Source: Octopus vulgaris (lineage: Eukaryota). From it: 64,000 nt of DNA. The notes under the pieces are model-generated. The model did not search any database, had not been told where the DNA came from, and was given only the letters and a program-made list of their open reading frames with translations. Below, in pieces: positions 27,715-41,387 of the stretch. The position numbers and the translations under genes are program-made. Where the stretch lies: NCBI GenBank assembly GCA_951406725.2, contig OX597830.1, positions 75,826,001-75,890,000 of the forward strand, read 5' to 3'. Positions within the stretch are counted from its first letter, which is position 1; each line of letters opens with the position of its first letter.

Positions 27715-28110
27715 ATGGCTGGCTGGTTGGCTGGGTGGTTGTTTAGCTGGTTGGCTGGTTGGCTGGCTGGCTGGCTGGTTGGTTGGTTGGTTGGTTGGTT
27801 GGTTGGTTGGTTGGTTGGTTGGTTGGTTGGTTGGTTGGTTGGTTGGTTTGCTGGTTGGTCGGTTGGTCGGATGGTTGGATGGTTAGATGTATGGTTGGTT
27901 GGTCGGCTGGTTAATTGGATGCATGGATGGATGGATGGATGGATGGACAGACGGATGGATGGAGAGTGCGGTGATGGATGAATAGAGGGAAGGGTGGATG
28001 AATGGAGAGAGGGATGGATACATGGGTGAATGGCTGAATGGAGAGAGGGGTGGATGGATCAATGCAAAGATGGTGGGAGTGAGTGGTTGAAAGATGGATG
28101 GATGGATGAT
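27715..28110. repeat. (TGGT)n/(TGGC)n grading into (TGGA)n
   Basis: Direct tetranucleotide runs. Confidence 0.9.
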
Positions 28111-28180
28111 TTTTTTTGGATGAAGATAACTAAGCGGATGATTATACGTGGGCCTAAGTCGTTTCTTGGTTGATTATTCC

Positions 28181-29439
28181 TTTTCTACTCTAGGCACAAG
28201 GCCCGAAATTTGGGTGGGAGGGTCCCAGTCAATTAGATCGACCCCAGTACGCAACTGGTACTTAATTTATCGCGTCCGAAAGGATGAAAGGCAAAGTCAA
28301 CCTCGGTGGAGTTTGAACTCAGAACGTAAAGGCTGGCGGAATACAACTAAGCATTTCGCCCGGCGTACTAACGTTTCTTATTTCTTTATTGTTCACAAGG
28401 GGCTAAACATAGAGGGGACAAACAAGGACAGAAAAGGGATTATGTCGATTGCATCGACCCCAGTGCGTAGCTGGTAACTAACTTATCGACCCCAAAAGGA
28501 TGAAAGGCAAAGTCGATCTCGGCGGAATTTGATCTCAGAACGTAAAGGCAGACGGAATACCTATTTCTTTACTACCTACAAGGGGCTAAACATAGAGGGG
28601 ACAAACAAGGACAGACAAATGGATTAAGTCGATTATATCGACCCCAGTGCGTAACTAGTACTTATTTAATCGACCTCGAAAGGATGAGAGGCAAAGTCGA
28701 CCTCGGTGGAATTTGAACACAGAACGTAACGGCAGACGAAATACCGCTAAGCATTTCGCCTGACATGTTAACCTTTCTTCCAGCTCGCCGTCTTAAAATA
28801 TTTTTTTTTCTACTCTAGGCACAAGGCCCGAAATTTTGGGGGAGGGAGCCAGTCCATTAGATCGACCTCAGTACGCAACTGGTACTTAATTTATAGACCC
28901 CCGAAAGGGCGAAAGGCAAAGTCGTCCTCGACGAAGTTTGAACTCAGAACGTAAAGACACACATTTCTCCCGACGTGCTAACGTTTCTGCCAACAACGCG
29001 CCTTAAAATAAATTCTTTTCTACTCTAGGCACAAGGCCCGAAATTTTGGGGGAAGTAACCAGTCAATTAGATCGACCCTAGTACGCAGCTGCTACTTAAT
29101 TTATAGAACCTTAAAGGATGAAATGCAAAATCGTCCTCGGTGGAGTTTGAACTCAGAACGTAAAGATAGACATTTCGCCCGACATGCTAACATTTCTGCC
29201 AGCACGCCGCCTTAAAATATATTCTTTTCTACTCAAGGCACAAGGCCCGGAATTTTGAAGGAGGGAGCCTGTCAATTACATCGACCCCAGTACGCAACTG
29301 CTACTTGATTTATAGACCCTGAAAGGATGAAAGGCAAAGTCGACCTCGGCGGAGTTTGAACTCAGAACATAAAGACAGACAAAATACAGCTAAGCATTTC
29401 GCCCGGCGTGGTAACGTTTCTGCCAGCTCGCCGCTTTTT
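28181..29439 (-). mobile_element. SINE B multimer (six bodies) bounded by one 15-bp TSD
   Basis: GGCACAAGGCCCG at 28818, 29028 and 29237 (209-210 bp period); TTGGTTGATTATTCC at 28166-28180 and 29440-29454. Confidence 0.9.
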
Positions 29440-29634
29440 TTGGTTGATTATTCCACTGACTGACTGGCTTAATGCTTCGAAGTTGTTATGTTTAATGAAC
29501 ATATTGGGGAATATTATAACGGTGTTATTATCGGTGCTGTTATTGTTGTTGTTAGTCCCAGAACGTCCTTATTATCAAAAATATTCAACCCATGACCATC
29601 TCGACTTGTAAGGATTTTTAAGAGAAAATGACCT

Positions 29635-29790
29635 TTTCTTTTATTTGTTTCAATCATTTGACTGCAGCCATGCTGGAGAAAGGTTTTCAGTCGAGTAAAT
29701 TCGTTGTAAGACTAGTACTTAGTTTTTTGCCGAACTGCTAAGTTACGGGAACGCAAACACACTCACACAAACATATACATACACATGCAT

Positions 29791-29822
<32 letters not shown>

Positions 29823-30271
29823 TCATATATATATACTTACAGGCTTTTTTCAGGCTTCTTTCAGTTTCCATTTACCAAATCCACTCACAAACATAGATTG
29901 GACAAACAAGGACAGACAAAGGGATTATGTCGATTACATCAACCCAGTGCGTAACTGGTACTTAATTTATCGACCCCGATGAAAGGCAAAGTCGACCTCA
30001 GCGGAACTTGAACTCAGAACGTAACGGCAGACAAAATACCTATTTCTTTATTACCCACAAGGGGCTAAACACAGAGAGGACAAACAAGGACAGATAAACG
30101 GATTAAGTCGATTACATCGACCTCCAGTGCGTAACTGGTACTTATTTAATCGACCCCGAAAGGATGAAAGGCAAAGTCGACTTCGGCGGAATGTGAACTC
30201 AGAATGTAGCGGCCGACGAAACACCCCAAGCATTTCGCCCGGCGTGCTAACGTTTCTGCCAGCTCGCCGCC
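29635..30271 (-). mobile_element. SINE A fragment joined to a SINE B dimer
   Basis: SINE A body runs to CCAAATCCACTCACAA (29890), then SINE B units up to the head at 30271. Confidence 0.75.
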
Positions 30272-31134
30272 TATCACCGCAACCGTGGCGGCAACCACTA
30301 CTGCCACCGCTACTACCACCAGTATCATTACTACTATCATCACTACTACCACCACAACCACCGCAACTGTCGCCACCACCAAGTCCACTACCTATACCTT
30401 CACGGTTACAACGATGAGAGCCACTACCACCACCATTATCATCATCATCAAGAACAACAACCATAACGGCTACGTTGCTACCGTCGCTCATATCACCATG
30501 TAGTCGTAGAGGAGCCCTTAAAAATTAGCTTTTTCTTTACCTTTTTTTCAGGTCCCAGTACTTATTTTTTCACTCTTGTACTTTCTTTCGGCGAAACGCT
30601 ATCTTACAGAACCGTTAACACACCGGGAAAAAAATGCTTAACGACATTTCATCCGTATACATGTCGACTTTGTCCTTTGCCTTTTATTCTTTCAGGGTCG
30701 ATAAAATAAGTACCAGTTGAACACTGGAGTGGATTTAATCGACTTAGCCCCTCCACCAAACAAATGAACGCAATTTGTCAATTGGTGGTACAGGATAAAC
30801 ACAAACAGCATAGATACATATGTATAAAAAAGCGGGCTTCTTTCCCTTTCCGTCTACTAGATCCATTCACAAGGATTTGGTCGGTCCGAAGTTATCGCAG
30901 AAAACACTCACCCATAGCACCACGCAGCGGGACTGAACCCGAAACCGCGTGGTTGTGAAGCAAATTTCTTAGTAGTACACATCCACCCCTAAACCTATCG
31001 GTTATTGCTTTAGTCTTTCTAAGCCCTGTAATCTGAAGGTTAGGCTTCCAAACAGACTTTTCACGATATCCTCAAAACCAAGAACTTTTCAACACCCCGT
31101 AGTATATATGTACACACACACACGCATATATATG

Positions 31135-31167
<33 letters not shown>

Positions 31168-31770
31168 ATATATATATATATATGTGTGTGTATGTATATA
31201 TATATTATATATATATGTAACTACACGCGGACAGTTGGTGAATCCTTCTCTTTTCGTGGTGGTGGTGATGGTGGTTTTCGTGGTGGTGTGTGGTGGTGGT
31301 GGTGGTGGTGGTGATGGTGGTGGTGGTGATCACGCTGATGATGGTGTTGGTGATAACGCTGGTGATGATGATGATGATGTTCGTGATGGTGATGTCGCTG
31401 GTAGTGATGACGAAGAGTGATGGAAATGGTTGTCAGCGATAGAGAGTGGCGGAGAGTGAGTGGAGGCTGGATGTTACGGCATCAAAAGAAAGCAAAGTTC
31501 CTCCGACGTTTGTGTTTGAAGAAGGCAGGAAAAGATTCCGATCACTAAATTCATACATACATATATACATACATATATACACACACACAAACATACATGC
31601 ATACATATATACACACACACAAACATACATACATACATACATACATACATACATACATGTATGTATATATATAGAAATATATATGTATATATGTATATAT
31701 ATATATATATATACGTATGTATGTATATATATATATACGTTTGTATGTATATATATATAAATACATATAT

Positions 31771-31919
<149 letters not shown>

Positions 31920-32342
31920 ATATATATGTATATATATATACATATTAGCAAACCTATCTCGTGTTCTCCTTTTGTAGCATTCCTTAATGATGCAAATACG
32001 GTCGCCGCAAGCGTATGTGATAGGCACACAATGCCCGTAGCGCATATAGTCACTGTCATAAGTAAGCCGAAAACTATACACAGCATACTCACATATATAC
32101 GCACATATATAAATGGATGTATACGTACGTATGTGTGCATGTATGTATATATGTATGTATGTATACGTTTAAGCATGTATGTATGTATGTATATATTTAT
32201 GCATGTATTTATGTGTGTATGTATGTAAGTATGTATGTATGCATGTATGCATTTATGTATGTGTGCATGCATGTTTTGTATGTATGCCTAAACTTATACA
32301 TAAGAATGTATACTTGTATGTGTGTGTGTGTGTGTGTGTGCG

Positions 32343-32395
<53 letters not shown>

Positions 32396-32624
32396 GTACC
32401 TATCTATGCACACTTGTATGTGTGCGTAAGTGTGCTCGAACTCCCACACAAATATACAAATACATATACATATATATATTTATACATACATATATGTATG
32501 TATGTATGTATTTATGTATGTATGTTTATATGTATGTATATATGAATATGTATATAGATACGTATGTGCGTATACATATGCGTGTTTAATTATATATTGG
32601 ATGTAATTAATGCATGTTCTGTAA

Positions 32625-32657
<33 letters not shown>

Positions 32658-33001
32658 CATATATATATACATACACACATGGAAAACTAATATACATTTC
32701 TATCTAATAAAACCTATTATACAGTAGACTCGAGAAGGATGAAAAGAAATCGAAATGGCTACCACGTAAAATGTAGATGATTGCAGCAACTTTTCCTCCA
32801 TTTGTTTTCTTTCTTTTTTTTTTTTAACCATTCCATCACAGCTGCAGGAATATTTTTGCGATTGGTGTTTGGTTTAGCTGTTGGATAATTCTTGGAGGAG
32901 AGCTTTTGATGACACCAACGCTGTGTATACCGTTTTCACATTCACTACCCTGCAGAATCACTATTCAAACACACACACACACATATATATACATGCATGC
33001 A

Positions 33002-33032
<31 letters not shown>

Positions 33033-33704
33033 GCATATATATATATGTGTGTTAGCAATGCACAGACGTGGCATATTTTCTAGTCGATCAGTTAGCGGTG
33101 TTAATATATTGTTATGGCTTCTGTTGTGAAGTTTTGGGGGGATTTTTGTTCTTTGTATCCAAACAAATATATTTTAGGATCACTGATATTTGATTATATA
33201 CAAAAATAGCTGTCCACCTGAAAAAAGAAGAAAAATAGCGTTGACCTGTTTTGGTTTTGGTTTTGTGCATTTATGCATATATGTTTGTGTGCATCTGTAG
33301 TAAATATATATATATGCATATTTATTTCAAATTTTGCTCAAATCCAGCAGTTTCCTTGGAGGGGATACATCCAATACATTGAGGCACTGATCAACCGGTA
33401 CTTGTTTTATTGACCGCAAAAGATCTCGGCGGAATTTGAACGTAAAAACGAACTAAACGCTGCTAATTGTTTTGCCGGCCTGCTAGCGATTCTCGTCGCT
33501 TTTTGTGTGTGCGTGCGCACGCGCGTGTATGTGTGTGTGTGTGAGTGCTTGTGTGTGCGTGCGTGTTGGAGTGTGTGTATGTGAATGCGTGCGTCTATTT
33601 TTTCATACATACATATATATATATATAATAAAATAATATATAAATATATGCATATATACATACATATATGTACATACCTACATCTATATGTATATGTACA
33701 TGCA

Positions 33705-34060
33705 TATATGGGTACAGGACATAAAAAAAACGTTGAACACAATGAGAAACGAAAACAAAAGCAAAAACATGGAAACGGACTTTTTTTCAAACGAAAAAAC
33801 AGAATACAAGACATACAACACAAGGAATATTCTCCTTCTTCAGTTGTCCCTGTTTCGTCTACTCCGCGTTTCGAAGGTAAGGACAAGACGCAACATCGTT
33901 GAAACAGTCCTTCCCGCAAAGCAAATTAAAATTTGAGATTTTTTGCGGAGGGGTAAAAGTGGTAACAAGAACAGGACAGTAAGAACAAAAAGACAGTAAA
34001 AACAATAAAAGTGTGTCGATGATTCTCGATGTTTTGATGTGGACGATGAATACCATTTTA
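33705..34060 (-). mobile_element. Unclassified element end abutting (TA)n (possibly Penelope-derived)
   Basis: Same architecture as 10915 and 39675 (T-rich minus-strand 3' end next to a microsatellite); only one copy here. Confidence 0.3.
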
Positions 34061-34562
34061 TTACATTATATAAATAGATGTGGATATTTTTCTTTCAGAA
34101 GACATCTTTTCAGTTCCTCGACCGGTTCTTTTTATCAAATTTAAATCAATAACGGTAAGAATATTCCTAGCTACTCAGTATGAAGTGTTATATTTAGTAT
34201 AGACTAAATGGCATGATTTAAACTTCAGATTCTGGTGTGTCTATATGATTATTAAATATATCCGATGTGATGTTGGTATTAACTTCGACAACTCATACAT
34301 GTTTCGGGCAAAGATTGGCCCAAGTCATGTCTAACTTAATAGCACCGCCTAGTAGGATCTGTTAAGTGATTTTAAAGTCAAGTTTTGTTGTATCATGGAC
34401 CCATTCATGGAGGGAGTTGTTGTTGACTGAGATGTATTCAAGTATAGGCGGCTTATTATGTCCAGAAATTACGATTTTGTAGTGTTTGCCTCTTTTCTAA
34501 ATTTTAGTTTAAGGCATAACCTGTTCAGAAGGACGATGAATTATGGTTAAAATATTTACGAT

Positions 34563-34967
34563 TACTCTTTACTCTTTACTCTTTACTCTTTCACTTGTTT
34601 CAGCCATCTGGCTGTGGCCATACTGGAGTACCGCTTTTAGTCGACCAAATCGACCCCAAGAATTATTCTTTGTAAGCCTAGTACTTATTCCATCGGCTCT
34701 TTTGCCGAACCGCTAAGTGACGGGGACGTAAACACACCAGCATTGGTTGTCGAGCGATGTCGTGGGGACAAACACAGACACACAAACATATACACATACA
34801 TACATATATACGACGGGCTTCTTTCAGTTTCCGTCTACCAAATCCACTCACAAGACTTTGGTCGGCCCGAGGCTATAGTAGAAGACACTTGCCCAAGGTG
34901 GCACGCAGTGGGACTGAACCCGGAACCATGTGATTAGTTAGCAAGCTACTTAGCACATAGCCACTCC
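34563..34967 (-). mobile_element. SINE A full copy
   Basis: Complete reverse-complement head and body with (TACTCTT)n tail. Confidence 0.9.
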
Positions 34968-35683
34968 GACGTGTACAAATTAAAAAAATAAACACCAAGA
35001 AATCCTCTCCAAGTGAAGATTTCTTGCTGTCTCAAATATATATTAGACATAGATATATCTTTGAATATTGATACCATAGTTTTCATCTAATATTGGGTAC
35101 AGTTTTTGATCCAAGTATTCCGTCACTGAGTTTGCTTATACCGGTGCAAATGTGGTTACATGACAGTACCACAAATTTAGTAACAACTACGTTGGATCTA
35201 AGTTTTAAGGCTTTTGGTTTCCGAAGTTTTACACTTTCATCACTTTGTACGAACACTGTATTTCGAATTTCGTAGATTATTCATTTATCGCGGTCATTAA
35301 AGTTGTCTAGGTTTTGGTTCAAAACTGGTAGTGCAGTCCTCATCGTTAGTGATAAGTGAATTGTGATGTTTTGAAACCAGAATACTTTGCTGCTTTCTAA
35401 TGTGATGATCTCTATTTGCAGTTAATTCTGAGTAAAAGATACTACTTTTTCAACAGTTTTCAGATAAATTCTTATAACATTTGGCATTCATTATGGCAGT
35501 AGCATCATGTTTATATGCTTCTTTAATAACATTTTTACATCGTTTTCGAGACGTCTAAGTGGGATTTTTTCCTATTTGCTAATATTTTACTGACCAGTAA
35601 TAATATCCTTTTCCAATGGGAATTTGAGTAAGATATCACTATAGCAGTCAAGATGAGTATTTCTTCTATTACTTTTCTTTATT

Positions 35684-35944
35684 AGTATTTTTTTCCTTCT
35701 TTCTTCACATTTTCTTCCGTTTCTCGCCGAGTGTTTTCCGTACACCTTGGGCAGAGAATCTCATTGTATGCATTCCCAGATTACAGGCGCAAATTCACAG
35801 GTAAAATATGTATTTAAAATTAATAAATAAATAAATTCGTGAATGGATGTTGTTTTCCATGTGAATGGATAATGCTCTTCTCAGTACATGAGCCGTTCCA
35901 GTTAATACGATTTTTTGCACTTCCTGTAGGGATAGTAAGCGTGG
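35684..35944 (-). mobile_element. Third R4/Dong subfamily, extreme 5' truncation
   Basis: Minus translation SLQEVQKIVLTGTAHVLRRALSI plus its own 3' UTR; the 5' end abuts (TAA)n. Confidence 0.8.
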
Positions 35945-35973
35945 TTATTATCATTATTATTATTATTATTATT

Positions 35974-36847
35974 CAGTAGTTTTATTTTTATTTTTATAGC
36001 GTGCTTTCACTTCACTACCGAGCACAGCTCTGTGTGCCTTGGGTATGTGCTGTGATTTGTTGTGATGCTCTGATGGTTATTGTATGGAAAGTGTTCTGCG
36101 TAGGATGTGTGCAGTGCCCAGTAGTGCAATTTTCTGTATGTTATATGTGTTTGTAAGTCCTGGTGTTTTTGTTATGTATTTGTCTGAATATTTTTTTATC
36201 ATGCCTAATGCACCTACTATGATAGGAATTGTTTCTGTTTTCAGATTCCACATTCTAGTTACCTCTATTTCCAGGTCTTTGTATTTTGAGAGTTTCTCCA
36301 TTTCTTTTAGAGACACGTTGTCATCTGCCGGTACTGATACATCAATTAGAAAGCATTTTTTTTCTTCATGGTCTCTGACAACTATATCTGGTCTGTTGGC
36401 CTTAATTTCTCTATCTGTGTGTATCGGCATATCCCAGAGTATGGTTGCTTTCTCGTTTTCTGTGACCTTTTCTGGTGTGTGCCTATACCATCTTTTTTCT
36501 GTTGTTATTCCATAATGTTGGCATAGCTTCCAATGTATGTAAGTTCCAACTCTGTCATGTCTGTGAATATATTCCTTCTTAGCCAGGACTGGGCAGCTAG
36601 AGATAATATGATTTATTGTTTCTTGTCCATCTCCACATATTCTGCAGTTACTTGTAATATTTCTTTTCATTACATGTTTTTGGTAATTTCTGGTGGGGAG
36701 GCTTTGGTCTTGTGCTGCAATTAAAAATCCCTCTGTTTCTGCTTTGAGTCCTGAGCTTCTCAACCATTGCTGGGATTTTTCTTTGTCTATTTCTTTTGCG
36801 TTTAGTTTAGTCCAGTATTTACCATGAAGGGGCTTTTCTTGCCATCG

Positions 36848-36850
<3 letters not shown>
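35974..36850 (-). mobile_element. Second R4/Dong subfamily, 5'-truncated (CCHC + RLE domains in one open frame)
   Basis: WQEKPLHGKY..LKAETEGFLIAAQDQSL..CRIC-x8-H-x4-C..RHD..NRPDIVV..LIDVSVP..EKLSKYKDL..LLGTAHILRRTL; stop at 36077; (TAA)n at both ends. Confidence 0.95.
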
Positions 36851-36898
<48 letters not shown>

Positions 36899-36915
36899 CA
36901 TCATCATCATCATCA

Positions 36916-36953
<38 letters not shown>

Positions 36954-37508
36954 GAGTGAGAGAGCAGTGCATGCCATCAAAGTGACACTGGGGTAAAATA
37001 TACGAAGCCCAATATACCCATCATGACTACCCGTTTGATAAGGGTACACCAGGCACATACATCACAACCATATGTGCGCGACATGGTGATCTCATATCAA
37101 GATAAACAGCACATGACCTTGCAGGTGGGGCCCAGTTAGAATTTTCTTCAGGTTGAGTAGCCCATCCCGCTCAAAAGGTCCCTGAATAAGGGTTGTTTAA
37201 GGATGTTGAAAGAACCACCCATGCTTCCAGAGGTGAATTATTCAAACCCCAAAGAATCCCTCTCAACACATGGCTATGATACTCCCCCACTACTTCTGCT
37301 CGTGATCAGAGATGCACATATCGTCAGCCACTAAGGGACATGCTCAACTGGTTAAGGTCAAACAACTGACAAGCAAATCTGTGGTATTGAGCAGAATATT
37401 TGCTGTAGCCCATCTTTTATACCAAGACAAAACAATGTACATGATAAAACTTCCAATCAGTTAAGATCAGAAGCCATGAGAGCCACTGCCTGGTACTGCA
37501 TCAGGGCA

Positions 37509-37510
<2 letters not shown>
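36954..37510 (-). mobile_element. Non-coding (TAA)n-embedded element, longer copy
   Basis: Same 3' end as the 19468 copy, ~110 bp longer at the 5' end; (ATT)n on both sides. Confidence 0.8.
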
Positions 37511-37591
<81 letters not shown>

Positions 37592-38698
37592 TTGTTTCCA
37601 TTTTCTTGGGGCGAATTGTGATTTGTTCCTCATCAGAGATATCATAATCGACGAAGAATTTAACCAAACGTAGATTTCGACAGAACTTTTAGTAAATCCT
37701 TAAGATTTACTAACACCAGAACTTGTACAATATTCATCTTAATGTTGATTTTCTTCACCACATCCTGTATCTATAATTTATTCTTTTCTTTTGTTTTTTT
37801 TTTGTTTTTTCCTATTCTAATATAAATATCATACGTTTGTCATGATTACGTATATATAATTAAATGCAAGATTCTATACAATATGGTGGGCTGACAATTA
37901 TTCTTAATCAGAAGAATTTAAAATCTTAATGGCAAAGAAAAATCTATTAAGGTTAAAGACAATTACTTTGAAAGGGCTTAAAATTTTTCTCAATGTGATA
38001 TAATAGCCAAAGTTTCGATCGACCAACACTTAAGTAACTTTATGAAAGAATAAGCATTTGTTTAAATCTTGAAAGCTTTGGCAAAAGCAGGGGAAATGTT
38101 TCATTTTTATTCAACCTTCTCAGCAAAGTAGAGGGGACACATAACCACGAAAGTCGGACTGAGTAGACATATGATTAAAGGCGCTCCAACCATAGACATT
38201 TCATTCTTTGCATGTGAACTATTATATTGCCCAATATATAGTTTTTGTATTTCTTTTGGGTTCTTTTTTCTGTTCCCTTTAGACATTTAGCTACAATATG
38301 AGAAAGATTTGGCTATTATGTCTCAAATTTTTTGATAAATATACTTCTCAGATTAGGCAATTGATAGTATTGACATTAAAGAATTTCCCAAGGCTGCCAT
38401 CTGCGTGCAGAACATACTGTTAAGTGCAGGATGCTATTCTTAATGTGCGTCCGATCTGAACTAAACCGGGATCAGATAATAACAAGAAACACAACAGCAT
38501 TATAATTGTATTTAGAACGGAGTGAAAATGTTCTGGGAATTTTCTTGCCTAAATCTCAAAGTCTTGGAGTTCGTTTGGTAAAAGACTGCAACGAACTGTG
38601 AAGAATACGTTGGAACTACTTCTTAAAACAGTCAAAGACGAATATTTTCCTTTGATGTCGGTTCTCTTCATGTATATGTGTGCGTGTGCTTATGTATG

Positions 38699-38731
<33 letters not shown>

Positions 38732-38798
38732 AAATATATGAATATATATATATATATGTACATAAATGAATGTACAAATATATATATATACATACGTG

Positions 38799-38835
<37 letters not shown>

Positions 38836-39674
38836 ATACATACATATGAGTACACATATGCGTGTGTATATGTATGGGTGTATATACATATTCGTAAATA
38901 TATATGCATATATATATTCATATATTCGCATAAGTGTATACACTTATATATGTACACATATTACACACATACGAGTATGTGTATGCATATGCGTTTATAT
39001 ATGTGCGTCCGTCTAGTGTATATATGTATGTATGTATATATATATATATATATATATATACATACATATATATATGTGTATATATACATATATATATGTG
39101 TATATATGTTTGTATATACATACATATATCTACACACACACACACTCAACAAGGTTGGGCCAAATTATCACACTTCTTTTATCACTTCTAAGCCATACCA
39201 CCCATACCACTCACTGTACAATAAACATTCAACGACATACAAAAAGCAAAAAAAAAAAACCAAACCAAAGCAAAACAAAAATCCTTTTATTACAACAAAG
39301 CTTATTACACAAACGGTTTCTTACATTACAACAGACCAATCAACACTTTGGACTACAGTCAAGGTTTGTTGGATAAAAATGTAGACGTTGTCGTTGTTGT
39401 TGTTGTTGGTGGTGGTGGTGGTGGTGGTGGTGTTTATGTTCTTGTTTTGTTTTATTCGTTTACTAATTTGTTGTTGATTATTTGTAGTTGTTGGTTTTGT
39501 TTTGTAATTTTTTTTTTTTGTGGTTTGGTTGCTGCTGGAATACGAAGACAAGTACGCGATGTCAACTGTCTCGTTCCTACAATATAATATATACATTCAT
39601 AAATCTATCTATCTATATATATATATAAAAAACAAAGTGTACGTACGCTGCTATATATATATATATATATATAA

Positions 39675-40006
39675 AATACAAAATGGGACAAGAACGCAAA
39701 ACATCAGGACAACTAAGTGATACAAAAAGGGACAACTAAACATCCAGATAGACGATACAAAAAAACAAGGACGGGTCATTCGAAGTTTTCTATCCTCAGT
39801 CAAGAACTGGATCATCCTCGCAATTTCGGCTGATTAATCTTGAGATTGCTCCAATCTGGCCAGCCCCAAGGAAAAACTAAGTTAAGAGCATTAGATTCCT
39901 TGAAAGAAAGCATCGAACGTATACGACAACAAGGACGGAACAACAGACGATGCTACACAAGTATAAATACAACATATAATAAAAATAATAATAATAATAA
40001 CAGGAC
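39675..40006 (-). mobile_element. Second copy of the 10915 repeat
   Basis: Colinear match; abuts (TA)n and (TATG)n. Confidence 0.7.
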
Positions 40007-40357
40007 ATGTATGTATGTATGTGTGTATGTATGTATATGTGTGGGTGTGTGTGTTTGTATGTATGTATAATATGCATAATCCCTTTGTGGACAAGCAGAT
40101 TTTGAAGCACAGATAAAACTATAGATAATACCATGTAAAGACTGGCCTGAAAATCTTTTTGAGACAGAAAATATTAAAAAGGTTGATTGTGAAACACGAA
40201 CCTACATCTCCTCTAGCTACTATAGGCGTTCTACCATTTGACCAAAACATTCCTTCGATTTTTTTCTATCGATTTTAGAAACTTTATTGTTAGCAGCGCG
40301 AATTATATTATATCAACGTCATAAGAATTTCATAAAATTTCGAGAGAACGTAAAATA

Positions 40358-40563
40358 CAGCAATCGTTCGCCATATCGCGGTTCACCTATCGCGCACTGA
40401 ATACATCGCGGATTTTTCTAGTTAATATATGTAAATTCATATCGCGGACTTCTCAGTATATTCGAGTTTCTGCGGCCCATAGGTATTTATATTTTTTTTA
40501 GATTTTAATTATTTCTGTGGGTGGTTTTTTAACGTAACATCCGCGATAATCGAGGGATTACTC
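40358..40563. mobile_element. pogo/Tigger-type MITE
   Basis: TA|CAGCAATCGTTCGCCATATCGCGG ... CCGCGATAATCGAGGGATTACTC|TA; internal ATCGCGG repeats. Confidence 0.7.
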
Positions 40564-41289
40564 TAATGCTTTTTGGAATAGTACGTCTCGAAGCACACAC
40601 AGGGTTATAAATAATAGTACGTAAATATGTTCATATTCTTCTTCTACTCGTCCTCTTTCTTTTCTTCTTCTTTTTCTTGTTTAGCTCCCAAGAGAAACAT
40701 AATCAAACAGATCAATGATCAGAAATATTCTAACAGTAACCAACCACCTACCTCCTCAGAAGCAAACAGGGCTACAATATCCAATGGGTCTTCGTTTTCT
40801 CGAAAGTTGGGCCTTATCAGAGTGAGATTTGACTGCTATTTCTAGCAAACTGAGAGGACTCATAGATTTACCCTCGATAATCCTTTTAAACTACAAATTA
40901 ACAAATGGTAGAATGATAATATCCATGATCCTATTCAAATCCTCCGTGGCTGGTGGGCAGAAAATTAACCTCAGACTGAAACCTCAATCTTTAAGCGTTT
41001 AGAAGAGCGTACAGCTGCTTAAGGTAACCAAGGAAGGCAGAGCGACTAAGCGATGTGAAACAGGGTGACGTGTTAAGTCTACCGCTCAAAGAAGTTGCAT
41101 CTTCTCAAAGAACTTTCAAACACTGTCTACAGTTTAGAATTTATTTTTTTTAAATGCTAGTTCGTGTGTTTTCAGTAAAACGTTTTATTGTATCACAGCA
41201 TAGACAATAGTTTGACAAGAATGAAAACTTTAACCAAGCAGTTGACTTTTGTAAAAAAAAGGTTCGTTTTTTTTAAATGTTGAACTTAT

Positions 41290-41297
41290 ATATATGT

Positions 41298-41387
<90 letters not shown>

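Larger units (their letters stand above)
34290..37800 (-). pseudogene. Old Penelope-like element, fragmented and interrupted by SINE A and the TAA stack
   Basis: Minus fragments KFCRNLRLVKFF..DEE (~37630-37690), NVIKEAYKHDATAIMNAKCYK (~35470-35535, like IIKEADKGGATVIM) and LRSNVV (~35190), plus a hammerhead relic at the 3' end (34292-34330). Confidence 0.5.

Noticed and set aside
30051-30503. Gly-rich, Pro-rich and Thr-rich ORFs
   Set aside because: SINE B plus degenerate (ACC/ACT)n low-complexity sequence.
37280-37335. CTGACGA in the non-coding TAA element as a hammerhead core
   Set aside because: Followed by GAAG rather than GAAA, no stem II, and not conserved in the other copy.
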